DNA of 64,000 bases from an uncultured Schlesneria sp. GTDB lineage: Bacteria; Planctomycetota; Planctomycetia; Planctomycetales; Planctomycetaceae. Below, piece by piece: positions 10,489-20,955 of the stretch. The stretch lies in assembly GCA_903904835.1 (NCBI GenBank), contig CAIVEI010000058.1, forward strand, positions 8,580 to 72,579, read 5' to 3'. The position numbers and the translations under genes are program-made. The number at the start of each line of letters is the position of its first letter. Within the stretch, counting starts at the first letter, position 1. The notes beneath the pieces were generated by a model. It was given only the letters and a program-made list of their open reading frames with translations, was not told the DNA's origin and searched no databases.

Positions 10489-11568
10489 ATGCGGCGCTTT
10501 CGTCTAATACAGCACTCGCAAATGTTGTCGATGTCCAACCGACGTGCGTTCACGTTAGTTGAACTGTTGGTTGTGCTGGCAATCGTACTCATTCTGGCTG
10601 CTGTCACGATCTCTTCGGTGAATTTTTCCTATAACGCCGATCGGATGCGCGCTGGTGGCCGGCAGCTCCAGTCCTTCTTGATGGGTGCGCGAGACAAGGC
10701 AATCTATGCGAATGAAGTGCGTGGGGTCCGGTTACTATTAGATCCCAATGACAATCATGCGGTCAGTGCGGTTCAATATATCGGTGCACCACAGCGCGAG
10801 ACCGGGATGTTGACTTTTAATTTTGCGACGACGAGTGACTCGACCGGCAGAACAGTGAGTTTTATCTCAGGAACTCCTTGGGCCAGTCTTTCGCGGCGTG
10901 GCTTTTTACGCGTCGGAAATCGAATTCAAATTCCTCAGGATACAGGGGCGTGGTTTACAATCTCGGCCTTTAATGCGGGGTCGGGACTGATCTTGCTGAA
11001 TCGACCTAATCCTGATCTCGCGGGAACGGTCAATCCGATTTCGTTTGCACTCGAATTGGCATCGACCCCGCTGGGTGATGCTCAACCGGTTCAATTGCCA
11101 CGTGGAACAGTGATCGATCTGGATGGTTCGCAGGTGCCGAGTTCTTGGCGCCCATTTAGTTTGGCTGCGTCTTATTCGCCGCAAATGGACATTCTGTTTA
11201 CCCCGCGAGGGACTGTTATCGGCGATACTACGACGTTAGGAATAGTCCATCTGCTGGTCTCAGACGCCAGTGACGTCTTGAAATGGAAGACAACGGCATC
11301 GTTAAGTGGAACAACAAGCAATAATGTAAAGTATGGACGGAACTCGACGTACTACGTTCCGAGTTCGTTGCCGCTGGTTCCCGCTGAAAACACATCAGTG
11401 ACACCTCCCATCGTACCCAAAGACCGAATCATTGTGACGATTTCAACTCGTACCGGTAATGTCGCGGTCTATCCCATAAACCCTGTATCCCAGTCGAGCT
11501 CAGGTAATCCGAGCCTGGCTGCTGATGCTTTTCTTTTTGCTGAGTCGGGGCGGGTGGCAAACAAATGA
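10489..11568 (+). CDS. GspH/FimU-like minor pseudopilin (359 aa)
   Basis: RRA|FTLVELLVVLAIVLILAAV followed by ...RAGGRQLQSFLMGARDKAIY, the GspH/FimT-type helix. Confidence 0.7.
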   Translation: MRRFRLIQHSQMLSMSNRRAFTLVELLVVLAIVLILAAVTISSVNFSYNADRMRAGGRQLQSFLMGARDKAIYANEVRGVRLLLDPNDNHAVSAVQYIGAPQRETGMLTFNFATTSDSTGRTVSFISGTPWASLSRRGFLRVGNRIQIPQDTGAWFTISAFNAGSGLILLNRPNPDLAGTVNPISFALELASTPLGDAQPVQLPRGTVIDLDGSQVPSSWRPFSLAASYSPQMDILFTPRGTVIGDTTTLGIVHLLVSDASDVLKWKTTASLSGTTSNNVKYGRNSTYYVPSSLPLVPAENTSVTPPIVPKDRIIVTISTRTGNVAVYPINPVSQSSSGNPSLAADAFLFAESGRVANK

Positions 11569-12755
11569 AACGCAGACCTGAGCCAATTCATCAAATGTCA
11601 GCAAACCCACGACTTGGGGTGAGCCTCATCGAGGTCCTCGTGTCTGTGATGATCATGAGCATCGGCGTCGCGCTGCTTTCGACCCTGTTGCCCATTTCCA
11701 TTCTGCGCACGGCTCAAGCCACGCAGCTAACGCAGTCGGTCTTCTTAAGAAACAATGCCGAGGCATTGATTGAAGCCAATCCAAATATTTTGAACTCGGT
11801 TCCTGTTGGTTCCCTGGGCCTGATTGATCCTATGGGTGCGAGTATTAGTATGCCAAAAACGCTTTATGGAAATACTGGTGCAGGTTCCATCTCGCGGTTC
11901 CCCCTGCCGAACGCCAACGGTACTCCCAGCATTACGGCAGACGCTGCACAACAACTTGCGTCGCTTCCCGATTCGTGGACGGATTTATTCGAGACGAATG
12001 TGACCGATTACAAATCCTCTCCGTCCCAGGTCACTGTGGCCAAAATCCCGACAACGATCACACCCTGGAATTCCAATAACTTGAGCAACGCGAAATATCG
12101 AATGATCCTGGTCGACGTGACCGGTAAGATTGCCGTTATACGCAGTGTGCTTGGAGTCGACGGAACAGCATATACATTGGCTTGGACCGACGGCACGATC
12201 ACTGAGCCTGATTTGCCGTCAGGGTTCACTCCGATCAAGGCACGGGTCGAAGTGCAGTCGCGGCGATTTACCTGGCTGATGACTGTCTCAAAATCTTCGG
12301 TCCCCAAGTTTGCAGGCGATAATTTGAGTTGGGCGACCGAAATCGATGTAGCGGTTTTCTTTAACCGATCATTCAAGCTCGACGAAGAAAAACCTCTCGC
12401 TTTGAGCTTGGTTTCAAACGGGTTTGATGGCAAGCCAGGCGTGGCAGGTGTGGACGACGATGGGAATGGGACAGCAGACGATGCCAGTGAAACGGGTTGG
12501 CCCGGTTCCGATGACAATCGGACCGTTGATGTGACCGGCACGCCGTTTCTCAAAAAGGGGAGCTACATGCTTGAGGCGTCATTGCTCAAGTGGTATCGGA
12601 TCGTTGATTTCCCTGAAAACTCCACGACTAATCCTCGTATCTTATTAGATCGAGATCTTCGTACGTCTGTCGTGTCAGGAGTGACGTCGACAGGCGTTTT
12701 CATGAAAGGGATTGTCGAAGTCTATCCCATTGGCGTTCGTACCGGACAGAATTAG
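11565..12755 (+). CDS. GspI/PilV-like minor pseudopilin (396 aa)
   Basis: LG|VSLIEVLVSVMIMSIGVALL (PilV/GspI-type). Start overlaps the previous stop (ATGA). Confidence 0.7.
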   Translation: MKRRPEPIHQMSANPRLGVSLIEVLVSVMIMSIGVALLSTLLPISILRTAQATQLTQSVFLRNNAEALIEANPNILNSVPVGSLGLIDPMGASISMPKTLYGNTGAGSISRFPLPNANGTPSITADAAQQLASLPDSWTDLFETNVTDYKSSPSQVTVAKIPTTITPWNSNNLSNAKYRMILVDVTGKIAVIRSVLGVDGTAYTLAWTDGTITEPDLPSGFTPIKARVEVQSRRFTWLMTVSKSSVPKFAGDNLSWATEIDVAVFFNRSFKLDEEKPLALSLVSNGFDGKPGVAGVDDDGNGTADDASETGWPGSDDNRTVDVTGTPFLKKGSYMLEASLLKWYRIVDFPENSTTNPRILLDRDLRTSVVSGVTSTGVFMKGIVEVYPIGVRTGQN

Positions 12756-12919
12756 TTTCAAAGTATGTGTTATCGACGTTTGTCACGAAAACAAAACGTT
12801 GAAGTTTTAATAGTCAGTCAGCCTCGTTGAAATGGTTATTAAGTTTTCAGGCATCCCAGCAGCGGTAATAAAGTCTTTGGTGACATGTCGATAATGTGCA
12901 TTGTGTGCGGAGTCAAATC

Positions 12920-14686
12920 ATGAAGAAGGTCACTACAAACGTCGATCGCCGCAGACGGCACAGGAGTTCCGGCTTTACGCTGGTGGAATTGCTCGTGGTC
13001 GTTGGCCTCGTCTTGTTGATGATGTCGATGTTTGCCCAGATTTTTGTGATGGCGACCGACACCTTGTCACAGCAGCGCGGAATTGCCGAAAACGATCAGC
13101 GAGGCCGTTTATTGTCAATGACGATTCGCGGCGATCTGGATCGCCGGACCTTCCGTGATGTTTTGCCGTTTCGTGCCAACGAAGATACACGACAACTTGG
13201 GCACAGCCTGGCTCGTCGATCGGGATATTTTGAGATTGATGAAGGAAGTTCGAGCAGCGGTGAAGACGACGTTTTGCAGTTCACCGCGTCCGTCAATATT
13301 TCACTGCACGCGAGTAACAGTGCCCCGTTTGTGGGACGATCAGCCTCGCTGAGCGGGCAGACGATCCAAAGCCTGTCGAGTAATACCATCACGCTTTCTG
13401 GTGATTATACATCGGTGATTTCGCTTTCAAGTCCACTTTGGATTGCTGGTAGCACCTCATCCGCTGGTTACTCAAATAATGGTCGATATTTTCCCACTGC
13501 AGTGAGTTTCAGTAATAACGTCACGACAATCACGTTTCCGTCGAATAGCTTTAATACAAGGGCTCATGATTCATCCGTCGGTGCAACGGCCCCGTGGGGC
13601 GTACTATGCCTTTCCGAATCGGACCCCGATTTTGATGATGGGGTTTTCGGAAACGGCTCGACGATTTCATCGACTGCGGAGATCAGCTACTTCCTGCGCA
13701 ATGGTAACTTGTATCGCCGCGTTCTGTTGATCCGCGATACCACCAATGGTGGTGATGCCCAGCCGACCTGGTCTAACGGGACGCCGATCCTCTGGGGTGC
13801 GGCGACAGCCTCAACCGAAAATTATGGGAGCGTTAATACCGCCAATTCGTCGACGTTCTGGCGCGACTTCGATTTTTCTGCTTTTTACTACGGCGGAGTC
13901 AATACCTCGACTGGAGTGGTCATGAAGGGAATTCGACTTCATGATACCCGTGATTCAATGAGCAACAGCAGTCAGCCTGCTGTGATGCTTGTCGACGAAA
14001 CCAAAAGCCCGGTCACGTTGTTCCCTATCAGCTTGGGGATTCCCCATTTACGATTTGGACACAGCACGCGGACTGGTTTTCCTCAGGATATGGTTAACAT
14101 TCCGACTCGATTCGTGTTGCAGGAATGTGCGAATTCCGCATTTGGTTACCCGGGTAATATCGATGGAGGGAACAATCCGTTCGACACCCCAAATCTCACA
14201 TTGAATTCCAGTACTGCACTCTCCGATCCCGGTCTGGTTACGTCATTTTCCGGCCAGACGTTTCGACGGGGTGAAGATATTCTGATGACGAACGTGTTGA
14301 CATTTGACGTCAAGGTCCTTGATCCGAATTCGGGTTCTTTTGTGAACCTGGGTGATGATTATGCCCCGCTTGGGAGGGGTATGACCATTCCGACGTTTGG
14401 AAAGTCCTCCACTCATCGATTGAATACGACTTACTCACCAAACGATCATTACCGGTTTGATACCTGGCATCCCCTTGCCAGTGTGGGGACAGGTGTCAAT
14501 GATAACGAGCCTCCCTACGTTCCTTTCAGTTTTTCGTCGGGAAAGGCGGTCCCTCTTTCCGCCATTCAGATCACGATCAATTATCGCGATCCGTCGAGCA
14601 ACCAGGTTCGGCAGATGACCATCGTACAGTCGCTTGTTGATCGCTTGAAACCAGCCAGCGTTACGAACGAGGCTCCTGAAGAATAG
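12920..14686 (+). CDS. GspJ/PilW-like minor pseudopilin (588 aa)
   Basis: SSG|FTLVELLVVVGLVLLMMSMFAQIF. ATG 12920 follows ggag; the track start at 12896 is a GTG. Confidence 0.7.
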   Translation: MKKVTTNVDRRRRHRSSGFTLVELLVVVGLVLLMMSMFAQIFVMATDTLSQQRGIAENDQRGRLLSMTIRGDLDRRTFRDVLPFRANEDTRQLGHSLARRSGYFEIDEGSSSSGEDDVLQFTASVNISLHASNSAPFVGRSASLSGQTIQSLSSNTITLSGDYTSVISLSSPLWIAGSTSSAGYSNNGRYFPTAVSFSNNVTTITFPSNSFNTRAHDSSVGATAPWGVLCLSESDPDFDDGVFGNGSTISSTAEISYFLRNGNLYRRVLLIRDTTNGGDAQPTWSNGTPILWGAATASTENYGSVNTANSSTFWRDFDFSAFYYGGVNTSTGVVMKGIRLHDTRDSMSNSSQPAVMLVDETKSPVTLFPISLGIPHLRFGHSTRTGFPQDMVNIPTRFVLQECANSAFGYPGNIDGGNNPFDTPNLTLNSSTALSDPGLVTSFSGQTFRRGEDILMTNVLTFDVKVLDPNSGSFVNLGDDYAPLGRGMTIPTFGKSSTHRLNTTYSPNDHYRFDTWHPLASVGTGVNDNEPPYVPFSFSSGKAVPLSAIQITINYRDPSSNQVRQMTIVQSLVDRLKPASVTNEAPEE

Positions 14687-14800
14687 CGTTTTTGCTTGCA
14701 TCGCTCTGAAGTGGGCGTTGCTGGATCGAAACGTCGAAAAGTTAATGTCCCGTTGGCGACCGTTCGGGCAACGGTCATCGTCAGAAGTCAAAGGTCTGCT

Positions 14801-17800
14801 ATGAAACCAATTCCATTTGCTCGACAGAATCCCGCCCGGATCGAGACGCGGCGTGGATCAACCCTGATCATCGTCGTTGCTCTGCTTGGGATGCTCGCCT
14901 TCCTCGGTTTTGTGTTCTACACATTTGCCAAGCAGGAAAAGGCGAATGCCGCATCGTTCGCCAAAGGGGCTCAGATCCTGAAGGCTCCGTCGCTCGAGCC
15001 CGATTCGTTATTCGACTTCGCTCTCCAGCAGATCATCCTTGGTCCACCTGACGCGTACACACAGAGCATTCTCTGGGGCGGGCGGCATTCGCTGTTAGCG
15101 AATATGTTCGGTCGAGACGGGGTTCCCTGGAATGGCGAGGGAGTGAACCTGATTCAAGACCCGTCAGGTCAGCCGCATGTCGATATGAACTTTAACGGCC
15201 TTTACAATGATCCTAACGATAATCAGCTTTTGATAAATTTTGTTGATTCGCCAGCGGCGAATTCGGGAACTTGGAGCTCTGGTACATCGGATGCCGTTTG
15301 GGGTTATCAAGGTTCGACGAATTTTAAGATCTTTCGCGGAACCGGGAACACGAATACAAATTTGAATTTCTATATTCCCGAACCGGACGTGAACTATAAT
15401 TCACCGAATATCGACAGTCTGTTTCTGTCTTATGACGGAATTGCCTTGGATGGCACCGCAAACACGACAAATTCCAGGCGAGTGATCATTCCTTCATTTT
15501 TGCGGCCTCAGTACTTGCGACTTGCCGGTACTGTTCTGCTTGAAGACGTTAATCGAAACGGCATTCTTGATCCCGCGAATGGCAGTAACCCGGGTGAAGA
15601 TTCAAACGGAAACGGTCAACTCGACGACTGGTATCAGTTGCCTGCGTTTGCAAATCAGGTGATGCGGCCGCATCCAAATCATGTCTGCGTCGATGGAAAC
15701 GGGAATCCGATTTTCGCCGATTCCAATGGCAAAAACGTACTCGCCAGATACATCAATTCAATTCGGTATTACACCTTGAAGAACAGCGGCGTCTCCTTAC
15801 GGCGACCATTTACGTCGCTTGCGGCAAACGACGGTTCTACACCAGGGACATTCGCACCGCCCGAAAGCTCGCTTCCAACGCCGACAACGAATTCGAGTGC
15901 AACTGTCGCTTCTTCAACAACTCCTGGAAGTCTTGGTGTCTGGACTCCGGGTGCAGGCGCTTCCCCCAATAATGTTTCAGTTGGTGCCGGCGATATCGAC
16001 CTGGATGTCGATACGGATGGGGATGGAGTCATGGATGCGATCTTGATGGATCTTGGCTTTCCACCAGTTCGCCGGGGTGACGGCAAACTGGTTGTGCCTT
16101 TGTTCGCCATTAGCATTCGCGACTTGAACGGGTTGCTGAATGTCAACGCGACCGGCAATCTTTCAGGAAATCTGAATCTCACAGGGCCCGCTGGTTTGGG
16201 GGCGATTAACTCAGGCACGACCCCTCCTGCGGTACCACCAACCCAACTTGGATTTCGCCAGACCGGTGGAACCTATTCGAGTAATAAATGGACCGGCGTG
16301 GTATCGACACCTGATAACCTGTCGAAGTCGAATCTTGGGTTGAGTACCTACGAAATCAACATTCAGCGGGCGTTGACCGCGAACCCTGATCGCAATGCAG
16401 CGAACCTGGATAACTCACTTTTAGGGAGCGAAGCAGCGACGCAATTGAGTTATTTCCTGCAACAGTTTGATACGAGCATTAACACGTACACACTATCGCA
16501 GCCGGGACGGTCGATTACAGAACTTGCCAATCTGGAATGGTTGCTCTTGAATATCGGACGGCCAGGCTTTCAATTGGGTCTCGCGCATTCGGCGACTCAT
16601 CTTTATGGCGCGATCAACACGATTTATGCTGGCCGAATGGGCGATCCGACCCGTCTCTGGAATTTTGCCTCCTCACAGACGCTGACAGACATTCCCAAGC
16701 CTGGACTGTCGACAATCTGGGCCGGTGGGACAACAACGAACTGGCCGCTTGCTGCAAACTCCACTTTGCCGAACCCTGACGACAATAATAATGTGAACGA
16801 GGGTGAGGCCATCTTTAATACACGATGGGGCACCCCGCTCGATTTCCGTGGTTCAGGGCAGGCGTTCCAGCGATACACATTCGGGCCAGACGGAAAGCCG
16901 GGCTTTGCCAATCAGGATGATGACGCCAACGGGGTCATTGATGACATTTCTGAAGAGGGATGGAGCAATTCTGACGATGTCCTTGCCTATGGAAAATACC
17001 CCGAGTTTGCGCATTATTCTCCCAATCCGTCAGGAACCAGTGCGATTTATTCGCTGAATTACAAACCAGGAGGAAACCCAATCACGCCATGGCTCTCATG
17101 GCCAACTTATCAGGGGTATCACTCGTATAATGGCTCAACCGGCGGTGTTCGCTGGGGGGATCAGCAGACGACGGGCTATTATCAATGGTTGATGCCGGGT
17201 TCGCATTGGGATTCGTTGCTTGACGACCCTGCTGAAGCGATCATCGATCCCGTGTTGATGTCGCCAGCGTATCTGAACTTTGTGAATTATCTCTACAAAC
17301 TGACACAGGACTCGTCGTCATCGAACCCCATTCCGCCTGGATACCTGCCGCCGTCCCCTCTGCAGGGATTAACTTCCACCGCGACGGCGTCTTATTCAAA
17401 TTCCATCTCGAATGACGCCGTGTTTGGCCCGGAAGAAATGCTGTTTCTGCAGGGAAGTTCGGCGGACGGTCGTCTGACCGACTCACGATCGCGATTAGCG
17501 GATCTGATGCCAGGGAACCTGGTGGCCAGCCAGAATGCTCCCTCAATCCGTAAGCGTCTGACAACCGTCAGTCAGGATCGTCGCGAATTCGGGCTTGGCG
17601 TAGCGGATGTTGGCGGGGTGACGACATCGGGTGGCAATTCGACCTCCGGTGGTCTCCGTTCATGGGAAGTTCTGACATCCGGCTTTCCACCGTCACTCAC
17701 GAACGGTACGGCAAACCCGTATCGGCAGGAGCTGTATTCCTTTTTACAGCAGTCGAATACCAGCGGAGTTGTCTCACAGAAGCTGAACGTCAACCGCTGG

Positions 17801-20665
17801 CTCTATCTGGATGGTGCCACACAAACTCAATACGGGTTCGCCCCGCTGCCCGAACAGACATCACCATCAGACGCCAACGCGGCCATGGCACGGCAGCAGA
17901 TGGCTCGCGATATTTACACACTGCTTTACACTTTCTGTTCCGTGCAGACCAACGGGACAAGTGGTGATGTCGATTATCGGAACCTCACGACGGCACCCAC
18001 TGCGGCACAGACGAAAGAAATGGCCCAGTTTGCCGTCAACCTGGTCGACGCGTTGGACGCTGACAACATCGTCACCGCGTTTTACTACGACACGGATCTC
18101 TCACAAAACGGACACGGATGGCAGACAACTTCAACGAGTACGCAAGACTATATGTATGGTATTGACGGAATCGCAGGTAATGCCGATGACAATGTTGTCT
18201 ACGGTGTCGAACGTCAGTTGCTGACATTCTCGGAAGCAGCCGCATTCATCGTGCAGCGTGTGGCAACAGACAGCAATATGACGATTTTTGACGACTCACA
18301 GACGTCGGCTAATGGCCGGCCTTACATTTTCTTCGAATTACAAAACGTGTCACCGATCCCCGTGGCGCTCGCCTCATCGTCGAATATCACAGCGCAGACC
18401 GCCACGACCATGGCGGACTGGCGTGTCCGCATGGTATCCCCCACCGACGAAACCAAGACATATAGCACACTTTACTTTCTACCTGGTTTGACAACGTCGT
18501 CGGGCGCGACGCCAAGCAATTTTCTTTCGACAGATCCGACCGGTGGGGCAAATCCTGTTTTACTTCCTGGTGCCGTATTTTCAGTCGCTTCGCAGGATGG
18601 TACCGACACAGTGATGGGGGCCGCCCGGACAAGCGATTTTCGTGCTGACACGTCGTTGATGGGGTCCTCTTTTCCACTTGCGGTTCCTACGGCGAGTAAC
18701 ATTGCAGGTGGCTTGACTGATATGCCAATTACTCCGTCGACGAAGACAACCGATATGGTTCCAAGGTGCAATCTTGATCTCGTGTGGAGTTACCCAGATA
18801 ACAACAAGCGTTTTCTGGTGACAACGGGAACGAATGACACGGCAGCACCGACCCCCGGCGCTTTTGCTGTTCAGTTAGGTCAACTTGCTGCGGCAAATCC
18901 CAATAACACCGTCCGGTTGATACTGGAAAGACGGGCAGCCGCCGGTCCAGACGTACCGAACAATATCGTTTGGGCTGCTGTCGATAAGACGTCTTCGACG
19001 GCGACAGGTGCAGGTGCAGGTGCACCACCTGTGCCAGGCGGAACAAGCGATGTCGTTATCGGCAAGGTAACGCCGCCAGCGAATGCTGCGGGTGGAGGTG
19101 CAGTAACATCGGCGCTTCAAAATGTGAAGAGCTACCCTCGTTCGATTCCATTGCTCAGCGCAACAACATCGACGAACACAACCCTGGATAAGAACACCAT
19201 CAATGCTGCGAGCACCACGACGGCAAACACGAATCTCAATTCCGTCGCGTGGCAATTGCATAACGACCGTGACTTTGGCTCGCTGAGCGAACTGCTTCTA
19301 TTGCCGCTCTATGGTTCAGATAACCTGACTTCTGCGCTCGCAAACGTGATTGATACCAACACGGGGCATATCTCAACCAGCGAATTTTACGAAGCAAATC
19401 AAAAATACTACCCGACAATTGCGGCGGCTCGTTTCCTGCGTCCGGACAATCCTGATTACACGAAAAACGGAACAACGCCCAATTACGGGAATCGCTGGTA
19501 TCGCCTGTTTGATTTTCTGGAGGTTCAGAACCGAAGCCATCAGCATCCAGCGATTGTCGGTACTCCACCTTCCGGGGGGATTCTCAACAAAGGGAACGCG
19601 ACAAATTATGGCATTCCGATCACCTTTAACAATCCAGGGATGCCGGGTGTCACGTCGTATTACCCGACGGGCTATCCGACAACAGTGACACAAGGGGGAA
19701 ACCCACCCGATGGTCCCTTCCCGACAACGATGATGTTTTCAGCGCCGTTTGGATATCCACAGTATTTTGGCTGGCCTAAGACGCACGGGCTGTTGAATCT
19801 GAACACGATCCGCGACCCGCAGGTATTAGCGGCCTTGATTGATGACGATCAAGTGATTCAAGATCCCCGCGTTAATCTCAGTGGGTCAGCAGGGCCGTAT
19901 CTCGATTCCGCTGATCCGTCAGATGCCAACAGGAAGTGGTGGTTCGAATTCCTTAAAGCCCGAGATTCGCGATATGTAGCACCCGCAAACGGGACCGCAT
20001 ATGCCGTCGATCCCGTCACCAATCTGTTCGTTCCAGGCACGGCAAATTCGCGGCCATTCCGAAGTGTCGATACTGTCGGTCCACAGGCAGTGAGTATCGT
20101 GGCGGGGGCAAACCTCGATAGCCAGCTTGAAAATACGATTTTTCGGTCATTACCAATGGACTCAGGATCAATTACTAACAGCGTCAACGAGTCCCGTCGG
20201 CTGTTCGAAGTCGGTAACAACGGGACCGATCATATCGGGCCGATTGACACCGAAGCGAGCGGAAATCCTCTTCATCCATCGGCGCGCTTTCGGTTGATGT
20301 CCAAATTACTCAACAACACAACGACCCGCAGCAATTCTTTCGCGGTTTACATCACGGTTCAGTACTACGAAGCGGTGCAGGTTTCCGGGTTTGTTGGCAC
20401 AGGTCAGAATGCGACTCCGACCACCGCTGTGCAAATCGGCGGTCGGCTGGATGACGCACCGACGCATCGGGGATTTTTCATCGTGGATCGCACGGGTGCG
20501 ATCGAACAAATGAAAATTCTCGCGACGAACAACGGCGGTACGACCAGTGGTGTTAGCTCAAACAGCTATAGTTTCAATGCGAATACCGACAAAACGGGCC
20601 TGCTGGTTAATCTGAACGGGATCAGGTGGAAAGATCTGGTCCTTTACCGTCAAACGATGAACTGA
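14801..20665 (+). CDS. giant GspK/PilX-like pseudopilin-family protein (~1954 aa), putative pilus-tip adhesin
   Basis: RRGSTLIIVVALLGMLAFLGFVF is a pilin-like helix without Glu+5, as in GspK/PilX. The gene sits last in the G-H-I-J-K order. The C-terminal TRSNSFAVYITVQYYE...RGFFIVDRT resembles GspK C-termini. Acidic DxDxDG-type loops are present. ATG at 14801; the track start at 14696 is a TTG. Confidence 0.65.
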   Translation: MKPIPFARQNPARIETRRGSTLIIVVALLGMLAFLGFVFYTFAKQEKANAASFAKGAQILKAPSLEPDSLFDFALQQIILGPPDAYTQSILWGGRHSLLANMFGRDGVPWNGEGVNLIQDPSGQPHVDMNFNGLYNDPNDNQLLINFVDSPAANSGTWSSGTSDAVWGYQGSTNFKIFRGTGNTNTNLNFYIPEPDVNYNSPNIDSLFLSYDGIALDGTANTTNSRRVIIPSFLRPQYLRLAGTVLLEDVNRNGILDPANGSNPGEDSNGNGQLDDWYQLPAFANQVMRPHPNHVCVDGNGNPIFADSNGKNVLARYINSIRYYTLKNSGVSLRRPFTSLAANDGSTPGTFAPPESSLPTPTTNSSATVASSTTPGSLGVWTPGAGASPNNVSVGAGDIDLDVDTDGDGVMDAILMDLGFPPVRRGDGKLVVPLFAISIRDLNGLLNVNATGNLSGNLNLTGPAGLGAINSGTTPPAVPPTQLGFRQTGGTYSSNKWTGVVSTPDNLSKSNLGLSTYEINIQRALTANPDRNAANLDNSLLGSEAATQLSYFLQQFDTSINTYTLSQPGRSITELANLEWLLLNIGRPGFQLGLAHSATHLYGAINTIYAGRMGDPTRLWNFASSQTLTDIPKPGLSTIWAGGTTTNWPLAANSTLPNPDDNNNVNEGEAIFNTRWGTPLDFRGSGQAFQRYTFGPDGKPGFANQDDDANGVIDDISEEGWSNSDDVLAYGKYPEFAHYSPNPSGTSAIYSLNYKPGGNPITPWLSWPTYQGYHSYNGSTGGVRWGDQQTTGYYQWLMPGSHWDSLLDDPAEAIIDPVLMSPAYLNFVNYLYKLTQDSSSSNPIPPGYLPPSPLQGLTSTATASYSNSISNDAVFGPEEMLFLQGSSADGRLTDSRSRLADLMPGNLVASQNAPSIRKRLTTVSQDRREFGLGVADVGGVTTSGGNSTSGGLRSWEVLTSGFPPSLTNGTANPYRQELYSFLQQSNTSGVVSQKLNVNRWLYLDGATQTQYGFAPLPEQTSPSDANAAMARQQMARDIYTLLYTFCSVQTNGTSGDVDYRNLTTAPTAAQTKEMAQFAVNLVDALDADNIVTAFYYDTDLSQNGHGWQTTSTSTQDYMYGIDGIAGNADDNVVYGVERQLLTFSEAAAFIVQRVATDSNMTIFDDSQTSANGRPYIFFELQNVSPIPVALASSSNITAQTATTMADWRVRMVSPTDETKTYSTLYFLPGLTTSSGATPSNFLSTDPTGGANPVLLPGAVFSVASQDGTDTVMGAARTSDFRADTSLMGSSFPLAVPTASNIAGGLTDMPITPSTKTTDMVPRCNLDLVWSYPDNNKRFLVTTGTNDTAAPTPGAFAVQLGQLAAANPNNTVRLILERRAAAGPDVPNNIVWAAVDKTSSTATGAGAGAPPVPGGTSDVVIGKVTPPANAAGGGAVTSALQNVKSYPRSIPLLSATTSTNTTLDKNTINAASTTTANTNLNSVAWQLHNDRDFGSLSELLLLPLYGSDNLTSALANVIDTNTGHISTSEFYEANQKYYPTIAAARFLRPDNPDYTKNGTTPNYGNRWYRLFDFLEVQNRSHQHPAIVGTPPSGGILNKGNATNYGIPITFNNPGMPGVTSYYPTGYPTTVTQGGNPPDGPFPTTMMFSAPFGYPQYFGWPKTHGLLNLNTIRDPQVLAALIDDDQVIQDPRVNLSGSAGPYLDSADPSDANRKWWFEFLKARDSRYVAPANGTAYAVDPVTNLFVPGTANSRPFRSVDTVGPQAVSIVAGANLDSQLENTIFRSLPMDSGSITNSVNESRRLFEVGNNGTDHIGPIDTEASGNPLHPSARFRLMSKLLNNTTTRSNSFAVYITVQYYEAVQVSGFVGTGQNATPTTAVQIGGRLDDAPTHRGFFIVDRTGAIEQMKILATNNGGTTSGVSSNSYSFNANTDKTGLLVNLNGIRWKDLVLYRQTMN

Positions 20666-20955
20666 ATCGATGTCACCTTCGGAACGGTTCAATGTATACA
20701 GCAGCGTGAAAACGCGCTAGCGAGAGGAGGCTAACGACGCAAAATCTAACAAACAGTCCATATGGACGGAAAAGCTGTCAATCTCGGTAACTCGATATCC
20801 TGTAAAGACTAAAAAAAACATTGGAATTGCGGCTTCTGATTTGCTAAGTTGTTTATGCGGTTGCGCGTTGCAGTCGAATGGCGACTTCGACCAGAAGCGA
20901 ACTTTTAAAATTCTTGTTCGAAACCTGTCGCCCACATCTATTTGGAGAGTCTGTC

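Noticed and set aside
14696-14800. Upstream TTG start for the giant pseudopilin gene. Similar long N-terminal extensions appear at 6763, 12896, 20878, 24168, 40405, 45462, 47707 and 52372.
   Set aside because: Internal ATGs give canonical N-termini (short basic leader plus pilin helix, signal peptide, or a family-typical start), mostly with an RBS-like purine run. The extensions overlap upstream genes or repeats.
20755-20766. Perfect 12-bp palindrome GTCCATATGGAC after the giant gene, considered as a terminator.
   Set aside because: It is AT-rich at the centre, has only a short stem and no T-tract. It may be a restriction-like or binding site, but I cannot support any function.
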